Program-made: the position numbers and the translations under genes
The notes under the pieces: generated by a model
Seen by the model: the letters and a program-made list of their open reading frames with translations, nothing else
What the model was told of the DNA's origin: nothing
The model's database searches: none
Assembly: GCF_001194135.2 (NCBI RefSeq)
Contig: NC_068986.1
Span: forward strand, 33,185,219 to 33,249,218
Length of the DNA stretch: 64,000 nt
From: Octopus bimaculoides
Taxonomy: Eukaryota
Direction of reading: 5' to 3'
Part shown: positions 13,085 to 26,533 of the stretch, one piece after another
How positions within the stretch are numbered: position 1 is the first letter of the stretch
How the letters are laid out: every line of letters starts with the position of its first letter

Positions 13085-13460
13085 GACCTGCTTCGTTTCG
13101 AAAAGCATCAGCTCCTTGTTAGATAATTATTCACTATGAGTGGCACTAGCAAGTGTACCACCTCATCACTTATGACTTCTGCAAAACTTACATCATTTGC
13201 AAAGGCCATAATATCTTTTCGAGTTTGATGTAGATTTCCAGCATATTGTAAACTTATACAATTTCTGAAAGTATCTGGCCATATATTTTTCAGGGCACCA
13301 TTCAAATTTGAGAGTTTCACTTCATCTCTTAACTTCCAGAAGTCAGTTTCCGTAGTGTTCATCTCCTCTGTCAATTGTTTTCATACGCTGTTTGAAAGTT
13401 TTTCTCAGATATGCCTAGGGCTTTGCCGGCACAACCTGATCCAATGACTGCTGCAAATAA
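13085..13460 (-). mobile_element. pogo/Tigger-like transposase remnant
   Basis: Minus frames give QQSLDQVVPAKP*AYLRKTF (cf. QPMDQGVIA.FKAYYLR.TF in the DDE_1 domain) and DEVKLSNLNGALKNIWPD...ANDVSFAEVISDEVVHLL (cf. the Tigger C-terminal region). Confidence 0.7.
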
Positions 13461-14779
13461 TTTGCATTATTGGTGATATATTCAAATATCACATTATTAG
13501 AAACTTCATTAAGTTCACAAGGTAACTTGGTGCATTTTCTAAGAGGTACAATGTTGTGTGGCAAATATTATCGGACTCTATACTTATCTACAGCAGGACT
13601 AGACACATTGTGTGCGCGCGTGTGTGTGTATGTAAATATACGTAAATTATCTTTTTCATAATCAAAGGAATTTGCGTCTTATTAATTTAAATTGCACGTG
13701 AGAAATAGAATGAACGGTTTAGTTATTCGCGATCCTTTCTACCTGCATCACTGGGAGATTATTCTAATTAAACTAATAAATATAAATAATAAAACAAACA
13801 CCATTTGTTTACCATCGGGAGGACTCATACCTACATTAAGTGTTGGAAAATAAATTTCAGAAAATGTGGAGCATTACAAATATGTAGTTATATAAAAACG
13901 CCACAAATGTTACGTTTACTATGCGACCATCTGTCGGGAGCACTTGGTTAGTTTTCCTATTTCGTAACCAAAGAATGGAGGAAATTTTCTGGTTATACTA
14001 TAAGTTTCTAATCTGGTTGCAGCTCTTTCCGGTTACGGGTGTAGGCATCTCCTTTTTCAGGTCGTGCATGCTATCAGCTTGGAATTATTGTGTTTGCTCT
14101 CTTTCCCGGCCTCCAGTATTATTTTGCCACTTTCGTCCAGTCTTTTGTTTATTTCCAGCGTCATAAGTTGAACAAGAATATTTCACTATTGGAGATAGGA
14201 CCTCGTCCTTTTCGTCTTTCCTCCTTACAGAGCCAAAATAACAAAGATGTACCAGTCAAGTATTGATGTCGATGGTATCCACTAAGTTCCTTAAAATACC
14301 CGTCTTTTGTCTAAATCAGAAATTATCATAACGTAGACAGCTTTCATTTGAGCTACTGAGAGAGGAACTTATCTATAAAGTCGTTCGACCTGCAAGAAAT
14401 AACAAGTATTCTCTCCCTCAATTCACACCGTACTGTATTAAATGAATGACAAAATATTCAAATAACGTGGTCCTAAAATTATTGCCCGAATAAAAAGAAA
14501 GGACGATCACGGCTGGAAAATATTTCAAGACTACTCCACCGTTGTCGACTTGTGACTAAAAGACTGAATCTTTGTACAAGTAAACAATATCGCTTTGCAA
14601 GGAATCGAACCTCTAGCGAATACTCTGCTCTCTGGTACCATAATTCTGAGAAATTCATTTCCATTTCTAAATTATTTGTCCATACCAGCTTTCCTCATTG
14701 TTTTAATAGTTTTCTGTTTTCCTTTCCTTTTTTTGTGTGTGTTTTGCAAAAATTTTAACAATTTATTGCGTGTAAATTA

Positions 14780-15185
14780 TAGACGTTGCTGTAGGAAGGT
14801 GTTGTACTGGCGGTGATGGCAGCGGTGGTTGCAATGGTGATGGTTATGGAGGTGTTGGCAGTCTCAGTGGTGATGGTGGTGATGGTCGTCGCAATGGTGG
14901 TGAGGTGAGATAATATTGGTGTATTTGTTCATGCTGGTTGTTGAGGTCTAATCTTAGGTGGTGGTGGTGGTGGTGGTGGTGGTAGGGGTGGTGGCTGAAT
15001 GTTTAGATGTGATGTTGAGGAGGCACTGGTTGTGATGGTGGTGGGGTTGATGGTACTGGTTTTGTTGTAGGGACGGTGGCTGAGTTTGAGGTGATAGAGG
15101 TGGGAGTAGTGTTGATGATAGAAGTGGTAGTGGCTGAGATAATAGTAAAAGTGGTGCCGGTAGGGGCGAGGGTGGCGGTGACATA
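14780..15185. repeat. Degenerate (GGT)/(GAT) trinucleotide array
   Basis: Imperfect GGT-rich period-3 sequence with a pure (GGT)n core at ~14957-14985. Confidence 0.8.
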
Positions 15186-15428
15186 GAAGATATCCTTTCT
15201 TTCGTTATTGCTTTCGTTCTTCTTCATTATCTCCTTTAATCTTTCTATCCCTCGCACAAAGTCTTTAGCTTTCACTATCACCTTTTCTCTCTACCTCCCT
15301 CCCAGTCATACTCTCTCTCTCTCTATCTCTCCCTCTCTCTCTCTCTCCCTCCCTCTCTCTCTCTATCTCTCCCNNNNNNNNNNNNNNNNNNNNNNNNNNN
15401 NNNNNNNNNNNNNNNNNNNNNNNNNNNN

Positions 15429-15464
<36 letters not shown>

Positions 15465-15997
15465 CCTTCTTTCAGATACCATTATACATTAAATAATACC
15501 AGACTACGTTTTTCTACTTTCGCTTTTGGCATTTCCTGTATTCTTGTAATTTTTCCTTCCCTCTTAATCCCGGCGTTTCATTGGTAATTAGATACATGAA
15601 GATATCACTATTGTCATATATTATGACGAGAAGGAGGAAGAGGAAAGAGAGAGAGGGAGAGAGATGAAGAGAGAAAGAGAAAGAGAGAACTAAAAACATA
15701 CAAAGAGATAGACAGACAGATGGAGAGACAGACAGAAAGATTTACAGGCACGCAGATAGATATTCAGTCGGAGAAACAATAAAAAGTAGAGATATAGTAA
15801 AAAATATTTCACTGATGATTACACTTTCATACATGCATAGATATATATATATACAAATATATATGCATCCAAACATGCATAAATGCATACATATATACAT
15901 ACATACATACATACATACTTATCAACATGCATACATGCATACATACATATTTGCTCACAAACGCACACATATACATATGCAGATAGATAGATATACC

Positions 15998-16075
<78 letters not shown>

Positions 16076-16949
16076 AAAGATGAGAAAAGAAAGTAGATAA
16101 TTTTTCCCGTAGTGTAAAATATGAAAATGACTTATGACTTAGGGTTGACGTAAGCAGAAAAGACAAGTAAGCACAAGGAGTGCATTCATATATTGACATG
16201 GAAGACAGCATACACCTAAAAATGAATGACATAATCAAATCTTATGTTTGCAGCTGTTTCACATACAACAATAAATGATGAAAAACCTTTGCATCCTCTG
16301 CTCCGATAATAGTAAGACTGAGATTATGTTAATAAAATTACTTTGCTGGTTTCTTTGGAGTTGTTAGAAAGCCCTATATTCCAATATTTGTCAGAGGAAA
16401 GTGAAGCAGTTTGTTTCATAGATACATTTTTCATTAATACTAATGTTGTAAAAGAAAGTGAAGTTCTTTCGGGAGAGATTCAAATCTCTATACTTTTCTT
16501 CGTCTGTCTGAGGGTATACATCTTTGTACCCAGAATAAATGCATTTGTTAAGAAACCATTAATTTCAGACAGATAATGGTAGTAATTGTTTAACTATAAG
16601 TACTTATAATAATATATTCAATATTTATAACTAAATAAGAATTTATCAGTTTAATAATTTTATTTAAGTCTACGAATATTATTATTTCAATTATCCAAAC
16701 GAATCAGCATTTTACTAACAGATAAAGATATTAAATTTTTGATTGTTTTACATTTCAGTTCTTATTTTTTAAATTTGAAAATAAAACTGAAAATCAGCAG
16801 AAAAGCCATATTAAATCAACAAAACAAATAATATTTCAACGAAACCTAAATAAAATGTAAAGAAAAAAGACACAATAACATTAAATTATACATTCTGCAG
16901 CAGTTGCATAAATATTTAACTTCCTGAAATACAAATCTATAATTAATAA

Positions 16950-17093
16950 ACATGATGATCATAATGATAATGGTGATGCTGATAATGATGATGATGACGA
17001 CGATGATGATGATGATAATGATGTGGAGGAGGAGAAGTAGGTTGTTGATGGACGACAATGATGGTGATGACGATGGTGATGATGGTAATAATA

Positions 17094-17150
<57 letters not shown>

Positions 17151-17399
17151 TTAATAGTAATAATAATATAATAATAATTATTAGTAGTAGTAGTAATAAT
17201 GTCGATAAGGAAAATAACTATGACAATGACGACGATGACAAAGTTGATGACAACGAGGACGACGTCTACCACCACTACCACCATTACCACCATTATGATG
17301 GTTTTCATCATGATCATCATCATGATAATCTTTATCATCATCATTGGCATCATCAACATCTCCACCATCATCTTTATCATCATCATCATCATCATCATT

Positions 17400-17447
<48 letters not shown>

Positions 17448-17460
17448 TTAACCATCATCA
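16950..17460. repeat. Compound trinucleotide array (GAT)/(TAA)/(TAG)/(CAT)
   Basis: Seen directly. Confidence 0.95.
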
Positions 17461-18361
17461 CGAGAGCAAATACGCAATGCTACCTTCCAAAATCTCTAAA
17501 AATAATTTCGAAACTTTAGCAATAAGATGAAAGTGTAATCAAACTTTAAAGGGTTTTTATTTTGTTTTTGTCATTAGGGTTAACGACAACAATATTGTAA
17601 TGTTATTGAAGGTAGGGGCGCTAGGTAAAGGGTCAGTAGAGGACATGACTGTCACAGAAATGCTAAAGATAACAAGGTCACAAAAAGAAGATAGCTGCCC
17701 ATTGCCCTAGTGACGACGACTCTATTTTAACTGTTTTCATTAGTCTGTGACGTTTTAAACACTCTGGTTCCCTTTTGTCTAGTATAAAATTGCGACTCAA
17801 CTCGTTTTTATGGTTATTTTGAAAGAATACATTAACATTTTGTTTTTATGCCTTCAAACACAGAGACCGACTAACGCAACCAACCAAAAATTAAACCGAC
17901 GACACAATGAAAACATGTCAAAATTTTTTTTTTTTAAATACTATTATCTCGTTTACTAACGTCAATAAATGCAGCATTTATTGCTCTGGAAAAATGCATT
18001 TTCCTTGCTTTGTTAATTAATGGAAGTTAGTGTTGTATTATTACTATTTGTTTATTTTCTAAATTTTGTGTTTAGTTTCGTTAAATAGAGCGAAGGTGAC
18101 CGAAGCAGTAAGTTACTGGTCAGTGATGCCATGGCAGCTGTTCAAATTTCGACAGCATATTTGTTCAATTTTTTGCTAAAAATATTGTTGTCGCCATTGT
18201 TCTGGTTGGTGTTGTTAGCCCCAAGGCGCCGGTGATCCAGCAAACCGATGCTCAAAGACGTCTATGCCGTAACCATCACATCATTCATTCCACACATCAG
18301 CGTTCATGAAAGTGTGTTGTTCCTTTCTTAAGACACCAAGCTGTGAAATCTCTCTCTCTCT

Positions 18362-18453
<92 letters not shown>

Positions 18454-18769
18454 NNNNNNNNNNNNNNNNNNNNNNNNNNNNNNNNNNNNNNNNNNNNNNN
18501 NNNNNNNNNNNNNNNNNNNNNNNNNNNNNNNNNNNNNNNNNNNNNNNNNNNNNNNNNNNNNNNNNNNNNNNNNNNNNNNNNNNNNNNNNNNNNNNNNNNN
18601 NNNNNNNNNNNNNNNNNNNNNNNNNNNNNNNNNNNNNNNNNNNNNNNNNNNNNNNNNNNNNNNNNNNNNNNNNNNNNNNNNNNNNNNNNNNNNNNNNNNN
18701 NNNNNNNNNNNNNNNNNNNNNNNNNNNNNNNNNNNNNNNNNNNNNNNNNNNNNNNNNNNNNNNNNNNNN

Positions 18770-18804
<35 letters not shown>

Positions 18805-19412
18805 GAGAATTACAAATGTCACTAAATGCAACTAGGGCGTTAGGAAGAACCTAAAAAGCTACAAATAACAGCTAAACCGCTCTAATGCTGTACTTAACGC
18901 ACATAAATGATACCATACACATTAACAGGGACCATAATCGTCCAAAAAGCGCCGATCTAGAATTCCTCATACTGACACATAAGTTTCATCAATTTCCGTT
19001 GCTTCATCAGCTAAGACAGCTCGACTGTTCGACTAATTTCGGACTCGCTGTTTATATTAATTTTATATATTTATATATATATTCCCTTCGTTAGGCGTTG
19101 CGTGAGGATTACGCAATTTCTTGCTGAAGAACCTTCACACATATTTTGTTTATAAGGATCAAGTGTATGCGTTGTACATTAGCTCCATCAAATCGGTTTT
19201 GGCTGTACAGTTTCACAAGTATGCCCCATGATCGCAGAGCAGCGTGAAAACAAATATTTTACTAAAAAATACAGCGTTCTACCCAGTCTGGGAATTGAAA
19301 TCACAATTTCGCAATCATGAGTGCAACACTGTATTTCCTAGACCATATACATATACATGTATGTGTATTCGTGTGTGTGTAGACACGCACACACACATGC
19401 ATATGAACATTT

Positions 19413-19799
19413 GTTGTTGTTGGCACTGCGTCGCTTACGACATCGAGGGTTCCAGTTGATCCGATCAACGGAACAGCCTGCTCGTGAAATTAACGTGCAA
19501 GTGGCTGAGCATTCCACAGACACGTGTACCCTTAACGTAGTTCTCGGGCATATTCAGCGTGACACAGTGTGAGAAGGCTGACCCTTTGAACTACAGGCAC
19601 AACCGAAACAGGAAGTAAGAGTGAGAGAAGGTTGTGGTGAAAGAGTACAGCAGGGTTCGCCACCATCCCCTGCCGGAGCCTCGTGGAGCTTTAGGTGTTT
19701 TCGCTCAATAAACACTCCCAACTCCCGGCCTGGGAATCGAGACCGAGATCCTATGAATGCGAGTCCGTTGCCCTAACCACTGGGCCATTACGCCTCCAC
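19413..19799 (-). mobile_element. tRNA-derived SINE, family B (full length)
   Basis: Colinear with 1508-1890 and 52702-53068. It has a tRNA-like head with A/B boxes and a (CAA)n-like tail. Confidence 0.92.
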
Positions 19800-20532
19800 A
19801 CATATACATACATATATACATATATGCATACATATATACATATATCTGTGTGTATGTAGGGAGAGTGATGTATTATATCACCTGAAGTACTTTATTACGT
19901 CCCTTTACGTATTCAGTTCAAAATAGACTAAGGCCGACTCCATCTTTTGTCAATGTAGGATCGATAATATAAATTCCAATAATATAGTGAAGCAGAGTTA
20001 ATCGATTACACCCTCAGCCAAAATTTCTGTCTTTGTGCCAATGACAGCAATCGATAAATTTTACAAGTATGGCCAAAGAGAGTTAAATATATTCGATGTT
20101 TTTAGTGCAGCAAGTGGGACAATGAACTCCGATATTGTAAAACCCTCAATTACGAATAAGCGTTGTCTAATGCTAAAATAATGTTATGTATAACATTTAT
20201 CACATAATAAATCTCAACAGCCAATACTGGCATTTAAGATAGACAAAAAGCAACAAATATGGGACTGTGATAGAGACAATTATATCGATCATGCTATTTC
20301 AATTCCATTTCATTCCAATATCGGTGCTAACAGTATAAACTTTGAGGTGGTGGTGGTGGTAACATGATACGAACGTAGAATGTAAGTACATCATCGAATA
20401 TTGTAATAATTAAAACATATAGCTCGTCAAACAATCGAGAAGAAAGGTGTTATATGCCTAATTTATCGAATATGCATTGAACTCTTGGTGGCCCAGAAAA
20501 TGTATGCATCACTTTGCTCCGTTCTCAGTTGT

Positions 20533-21930
20533 TTGAATATATTGTGCTGTTCTATCATGCATGTTGGGATACTCTGTAGGCGTAAGAAGACTGCACTTGG
20601 AGACAACATGATCAATGGTTTCATTTTGTTGTTGACATACACGACATGTTGGGAAGCTGCTGTTCTTTAATATGTTGGCCTGGTAGTTTTTTGTAGGTAA
20701 GCATTGATCTTCGGCTGCTATGATAAACCCTTCTGTTTCAGATTTTAAGCCGGAAGCCATTAGCTATTGATGAGTAAGGGCTTTGTGAACATCGGTATTA
20801 TTTGCTTTGCTTGAGTATTTGCCATTGAGAGGTTTTTCTTGCCATTTATCAGTCAGAATATCTAAAGCAGCAGTTTTAGCACGGGCTTTCATGCGCTTAG
20901 CTTTTTCTGCGCTTGTTTCCAGTATGTCTAATTCTGGAATTTGGTGTATTTGGAATTCAATTAGATATTCCTTTGCCTGTTTTGTTACTGAGTATGATGC
21001 TTTCTTGTTTTCATGTTTTGAGACAAGTTTTAGCATCCAGTCCTCAGAGTTTTTCAGGTAGGTGTCTAAACCAATTGTGGCAATCGTCATTGTTAATGCC
21101 AGTTGTAAAAGTCCACGGCCTCCCTCTTTTCTTGGCAGATAAAGTCGTTCTATATCTGCCTGAGGGTGGTGCATTTTATGCACTAACAACAGTTTTCGTA
21201 TTTTTCTGTCACGATTACATATTTCAATAATTGACCTGTTTATGTTATTGAAACTGTAAGTCACGACTGATATGGCTAAAACAGTGATCGCTTCGATCCT
21301 GTTTCTTGCATTCAACTCTGTCTGAAGTATTGATCTCACCCTGCGATAACATTTTCTTCTGATCCTTTCCCTTATCACCAAATGCCTGATTCCGTCCCGT
21401 TCAAGTACCCCTAGGTATTTGTAGCTCTCCGCTGGGTCTACCTCTTTTATTACATTCTGCTGGTCAAGGTTAACGTTAGATGTTTCTGTCATTTTTCCTT
21501 TGATAAACATAGCTTTTGCACATTTATCGAGTCCAAATTGCATCCTGATATCATCATTGAATTGTTTAACAATCGCTAGTAAGCCCTGTAGTTGTTGGTC
21601 ATATTTTGCAAAGAGCTTTAAATCATCAATGTAAATGAGTTGATTTATATTTTTATTAAACATTTTTATAACCGTACAGTGCATCATTGAGCAATTTTGA
21701 GAGAGGTATTAAGGCTAGACAAAAGAGGAGTGGTGATAGTGAATCACCTTGGAAAATGTCACAGGAAATTTTTACATCTCCAGCATTTAGAGATTCATTG
21801 TCACTGTTCAAAATTAGTGTGGTTCTCCATGATCTCATACTTGGGGATAAAAGGTTTCGCAGAGTAGGCACTGTCTTATACATTTCCAGACATTTCTTAA
21901 TCCAGCTATGGGTAGGCTCTCAAAAGCATT
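20533..21930 (-). mobile_element. R4/Dong-clade non-LTR retrotransposon, RT-to-CCHC fragment (disrupted)
   Basis: Three near-contiguous ORF pieces: (N)AFES-LPHSWIKKCLEMY, IFQGDSLSPLLFCLALIPLS, LIYIDDLKLFAK (YxDD), FGLDKC, YKYLG, LYLPRKEGGRGLLQL, GLKSETEGFIIAAEDQ and CRVC-x8-H-x4-C (zinc knuckle). It has frameshifts and one W-to-stop change, and the RLE domain is missing. The 5' junction runs directly into (TAA)n at 21931-21955. Confidence 0.93.
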
Positions 21931-23089
21931 TATTATTATTATTATTATTATTATTGTTCAGTAGTTTTATTTTTATAACGTGCTTTCACTTCACTACCGA
22001 GCGCAGCTCTGTGCGCCTTGGGTATGTGCTGTGGTTTGCTGTGGTGCTCTTATGTTTACTGTATTGAAAGTGTTTTGCGTAGAATGTGTGCAGTACCCAG
22101 ACTGTCATTATTTTGGGGTCGATAAATAAAGCCTCAGTAAATTTCTAGAGTCGATTAATTATTCTGTTCTCTCAAAATGCCTCACCTTCTGTCTATATAA
22201 AAAAAAAACTATTAAAGTAAAAATGGCGATGGAGAGCGTTGTTACTCTTTAAATCTCGTGTTCAAATCTCGCTGACGTCGACTTGGCATTTCATTTTCTC
22301 GTGATCGATAACATACAGCTACTCATGTACAGATGATGATATGGTCTGATATAATTTAATATATTCTACCGTAGCCAGCCCCTAAAAGCTATTCCATCTT
22401 GTGGCTATTTTAGAAACAATAATTACCAAAGGAATTCAAAATTGGAAGAAATTAAACCCTGCCGTATTAAAAGTAAATCTGATATGAATTGCGACAGACG
22501 AAAGGGTGTGGTGCTCATGATAAATATAATAATAAAACAAGAAATCAATGCAACACATTTAAGCTGGCTTCAAATCAATCATTGAAACAAGAGTAACATT
22601 AGCAGAAACACACCATCACAAACGCGAACAACAGCAGTTAACAGCGACAGAAACCTTTACTCCGGAAGAAGAGACATCGACAACAATAACAACAGCAATC
22701 ACACAAAAAAAAATCGATAAATATTATTAGCAACTTGGTAAAAAGAGTGCGAGAATAACAACAAAAAACACACTAGAAAATAATAATTGAAGATGTAATC
22801 GAAGTTATATGGGTTTTTACAGTGTTCTTTGATTAGATAATGTTTGGAGCAAATGAAATTTTGCGGATGATGAATGCCGCATATTTGTTTTATGACATGC
22901 TGTCTCAGTTGTTTTACTTTTGTTTCTATTATTGAAGTGGCTCTAAGCCAATACGAACGAGAAGACTATTATTATTATTATTATTATTATTATTACTGTT
23001 TATTATTGTTATTATTATTATTATTATTATTATCATCATCATCATCATCATTATCATATAATGATATCATTATTATTACTACTATTATA

Positions 23090-23303
23090 ATGCAGCGTGC
23101 TGGCAGAGTCATTAGCACGCTGGACGAAGTACTTAGCGATATTTCACCCGTCACTACGTTCTGAGTTCAAGTTCCGCTGAGGTCGACTTTGCCTCTCATA
23201 CTTTCGGTTTCAATAAATTAAGTACCAGTGAAACACTGCGATCGATGTAATCGACTCATCCCCTCCCCCAGAATTTCAGGCCTTATGCCTATAGTAGAAA
23301 GGA

Positions 23304-23340
<37 letters not shown>

Positions 23341-23433
23341 CATTAGGCGGTGAGCTGGCAGAATCGTTAGCACATTGGACGAAATACTTAGCGGTATTTC
23401 GCCTGTCGCTACGTTCTGAGTTCAAATTCCGTC
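23090..23433 (+). mobile_element. Two head-to-tail family A SINEs separated by (TTA)n
   Basis: A full copy at 23090-23305, (TTA)n at 23305-23344, then a 3'-truncated copy at 23345-23433 starting GGCGGTGAGCTGGCAGAATCGTTAGC. Confidence 0.9.
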
Positions 23434-24329
23434 GTACTAAATGAGTTCATAGCTTAAATGTTATAGAACATGTCTCGAGACTAAATACGGAGTTCAAGTC
23501 GAATTATGTTAAATTTTGCTTTTCTTCTCTTCGGGGCGACCAGTTTGCTATCAGACCAGAAGTTTCAAAGTCAAATTAAAAATCGTTTCTCCTTTCCTTA
23601 GTTTCTCAACTCCTAATGCATTCATAGAGAACGGCAACCTTATGATACACATGGCTGAAGTGTCGTAAGTATATAACTTTTAGTACTAGACTAGTAATTT
23701 AAACATCGACTCCAAAAGATAAGCCAAACTTGAATATGGCAAGATTTCAATCCACAACTTAAAAAGAATAATACTGATTTTTCTGACAATCCAGCTTCCA
23801 CAACCAAATTTTATACCCACATATGCACACACAAACACTGATAAAATAACATTTTACTGCACCTTTCGTATTTGAGTACTATTTTGTTCAAATTTGTGTT
23901 GCACATATATATGATTACTTGTATATATGTATGCATATATTTTTCCCAGTTTTTTCCTCCTGATGAAGGAAGCCGGTATTATGGTAATGTCAGTATGCGA
24001 CTATTTACAAATTGAATATCCTTAACTTTTTGCACATTCTATCTGATGATTAGGAACATTATGATTATTGCGTAATTCCAAGCTCTCCAAAACAGATATC
24101 GAGGTAAGAATACTAAACGTTCTCTGCTTAGTATTCTTTATTTTTTATGCTCCATGTAAATGTAAATTCATTTGTCTAAATATATTCAAAGATTTATATG
24201 CTTGTACATGTGTGTTTACGTTCAGAATATATTAAATTATTTGTATCTATCCAAGCCTTTATATCTATCTATCTATCTATCTATCTATATCTATACATTC
24301 ATATGTGTATATGTATATTTATCTATATC

Positions 24330-24510
24330 AACCCATGACTGCAGCCATGGTGTTGTGTTGCATCATCTTCGAGAATGTTTAATCTAATCAATCGATCCCA
24401 AAACTTATTTTATCTCTTTAAGCTTGGTACTTATTCTATCCGTCTCTTGCCGAACCACTAAGTCACAGTGACGTAAAGATATCAACACAGACACAGCAAT
24501 ACATACAAAT

Positions 24511-24550
<40 letters not shown>

Positions 24551-24725
24551 NNNNNNNNNNATATATACAACGGATTTATTTCAGTTTCCCCTCTGCTAAA
24601 TTCACTCAGAAGGCATTGGTTGCCCTGAGGCTACAATAGAAGACACTTACTCAGAGTGCAACTAAAATGGACTGAACCTAGAACCATGCGGTTGAGAATC
24701 AAGCTTCTTACCACACAACCACCAC
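24330..24725 (-). mobile_element. SINE family C (CORE-like) with internal microsatellite, diverged
   Basis: 3' block (GACTGCAGCCATG...GGTACTTATTCTATC...GCCGAACCACTAAG), an internal (CA)n plus gap, and a 5' block (TTTCAGTTTCC...GAAGACACTT...GGACTGAACCTAGAACCATG...CTTACCACAC). Confidence 0.8.
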
Positions 24726-24897
24726 ATCTGTACATACATGCATTCATATATTGATACATACATGCATACATACATAGATACATACACACACACATACATA
24801 CATATATATGTGTGTATATTTATAATCAAAGACTCTTTGTCGGCTTCCGTTGAAATTAAGCCTCCCGAAAGCAAATTAGACCTTAGCAACGATTGCT

Positions 24898-24965
24898 GAG
24901 AGGTGGGTTTTGAAGAGATGTGGGTTTTGAAGAGAGGTGGGTTTTGAAGAGAGGTGGGTTTTGAA
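24898..24965. repeat. 17-bp minisatellite, 4 copies (GAGAGGTGGGTTTTGAA)
   Basis: Four tandem units, with one substitution in unit 2. Confidence 0.95.
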
Positions 24966-26384
24966 GAAAAGAAATTACCTAAGGAGAATGGAAAATAGTG
25001 TTGACTAATGCGGAATATGAAACCAAATTGTTGGAAAAACATTCTATGTGCTAATGATACTTTGTCCTGGACGCAATAATGCTAAATTTTACTAAACAAC
25101 ATGTGAAGCTTTGAATGACCAGTAACATACTTAGTGATACATATTTATGTCATTTTTCGTTCCAGGTTCAAATCGTTCAGTATTCACTTTTCGTCTTTTT
25201 TTTTTCCTTCTTCTTCTGAGGTCGGTGAAATATGTGCTAGTAAACTCTTAGAAGATGATTAAATCGAATACAAACCTCCCTCGAGATGCGAAGCCTTGTA
25301 CTCAAGTTCGCAAATAAAAAAGCAAATAAAAAAAGAACGCAGAAGATAGTAAAATACGAAAAAAATTAAAATACATTGTAATAAAATTTCTCCATGATAA
25401 AATAAATACCAAAAGGAAATAAAAAGCCTAACATTGTTACAAAGAAAGGAAAGACTGAGGTGACGGCTTCTGAGAGGTGGGTCAAATGTAGAGCCTATAG
25501 GTTACTACGGATGGAGGTAGGCGTGGAATGCGGAACAATGTATTCGATCAGCATTTCAAAGAAATGCGACAAGCTTTGCTATTAAAATTAGTTGTTTGGT
25601 GGCGTGTACTTTTATATATATTTCTGTTTTCATTTTATCATTTGTTTATTTATATATTTTTTTCTTGTTTTATTTTCATTTATCACGCACATTTTTTTCA
25701 CTCGCTTGCATATTTAAAATACTATTACGTCTGATAAATAGATATCATCTGTCCATTACAACATTTATTGCCTACTGCAGTTGCTACTGTTTGAACGACT
25801 CATCGAAAGAGATTTTATTTGATCATTTACTCTGCTAGAAAGAGCAGCCACTTTTCTTTCAAATCACAAAGTATTGTCTTGGAAAAAGAAGAAACCCGTT
25901 CGATAATATAGTCTTCGGTGCACTGAGCCATAAAAAAAGATGGGCTCGTCACGGATTGAGACTAAACTATAAATTCATTTCAATAGCTATGTTGCGGACA
26001 TTGTTGCTATTGTTTCTGGCGGTTATTATTTTTATTGTTGTTGCCAGTGTTCTTTTTTATTATTGTAGTTGTTATTAATTGCTGCTGGTTTTTATGTTAT
26101 TGTTCTTGTTCCAACATAAAATAAGAATCGATATAGTGTCTGTAATTAGAAAGAAGCAATTTTTTTCCACTTTGAGACACCAGATATTTTCAATATTTCT
26201 GTTGTTTCAAATAATTTGAAAATGCGTCCTCACTGCAGGGGTTTCTGTAGTCGATTACTATTGCAACAACTGCTGCTGTTGCTGTTGCTTCTACTACTGC
26301 TGATGAGAAAGATGATGATTTTTGCTTTTGATTGCCTCGTTTTATTGTTGTTATTATTGCTGATTTGTTAATATAATATTGGTT

Positions 26385-26533
26385 TCAGATTTTGGCAAAA
26401 TGGCAGCAAGATCGGGGAAGGGGTTAAGTTGACTACAGTCACTCCAGGAATTTGAAATCAGAACGTAAAGACGGACGCAAAAACACTAGGCATTTCTGCC
26501 AGGCGCGTTAATGATTCCGCCAATTCGCCACCT
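26385..26533 (-). mobile_element. SINE family A with internal deletion
   Basis: The 3' end (GGTTTCAGATTTTGGCA...) is joined directly to GAATTTGAAATCAGAACGTAAAGACGGAC...GATTCCGCCAATTCGCCACC. Confidence 0.75.

Noticed and set aside
14500-14660. Possible LINE RT remnant (KQYRFARNRTSS resembling QYGFR.NRST)
   Set aside because: It is a single short motif with no neighbouring RT motifs recognisable.
14780-15281. Mucin-like Thr/Pro-rich minus-strand ORF
   Set aside because: It is a degenerate (ACC)n array with stops and frame switches, and there is no supporting exon structure.
16943-17530. Poly-Met, poly-His and poly-Asp/Asn ORFs, which look like biomineral or metal-binding proteins
   Set aside because: They come from a compound trinucleotide array that is open in several frames on both strands. 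There is no codon variety or splice context, and similar arrays recur throughout the window.
18089-18107. Possible 19-nt microexon with GTAAGT donor (similar cases at 24054-24102, 26795-26823, 14231-14274 and 52032-52088)
   Set aside because: Such signal pairs arise often by chance in 64 kb of AT-rich DNA, and I could not build a coherent reading-frame chain.
20509-21883. Interpretation as a host gene or an active retroelement
   Set aside because: It has frameshifts, an internal stop, and both ends missing, so it is a dead copy.
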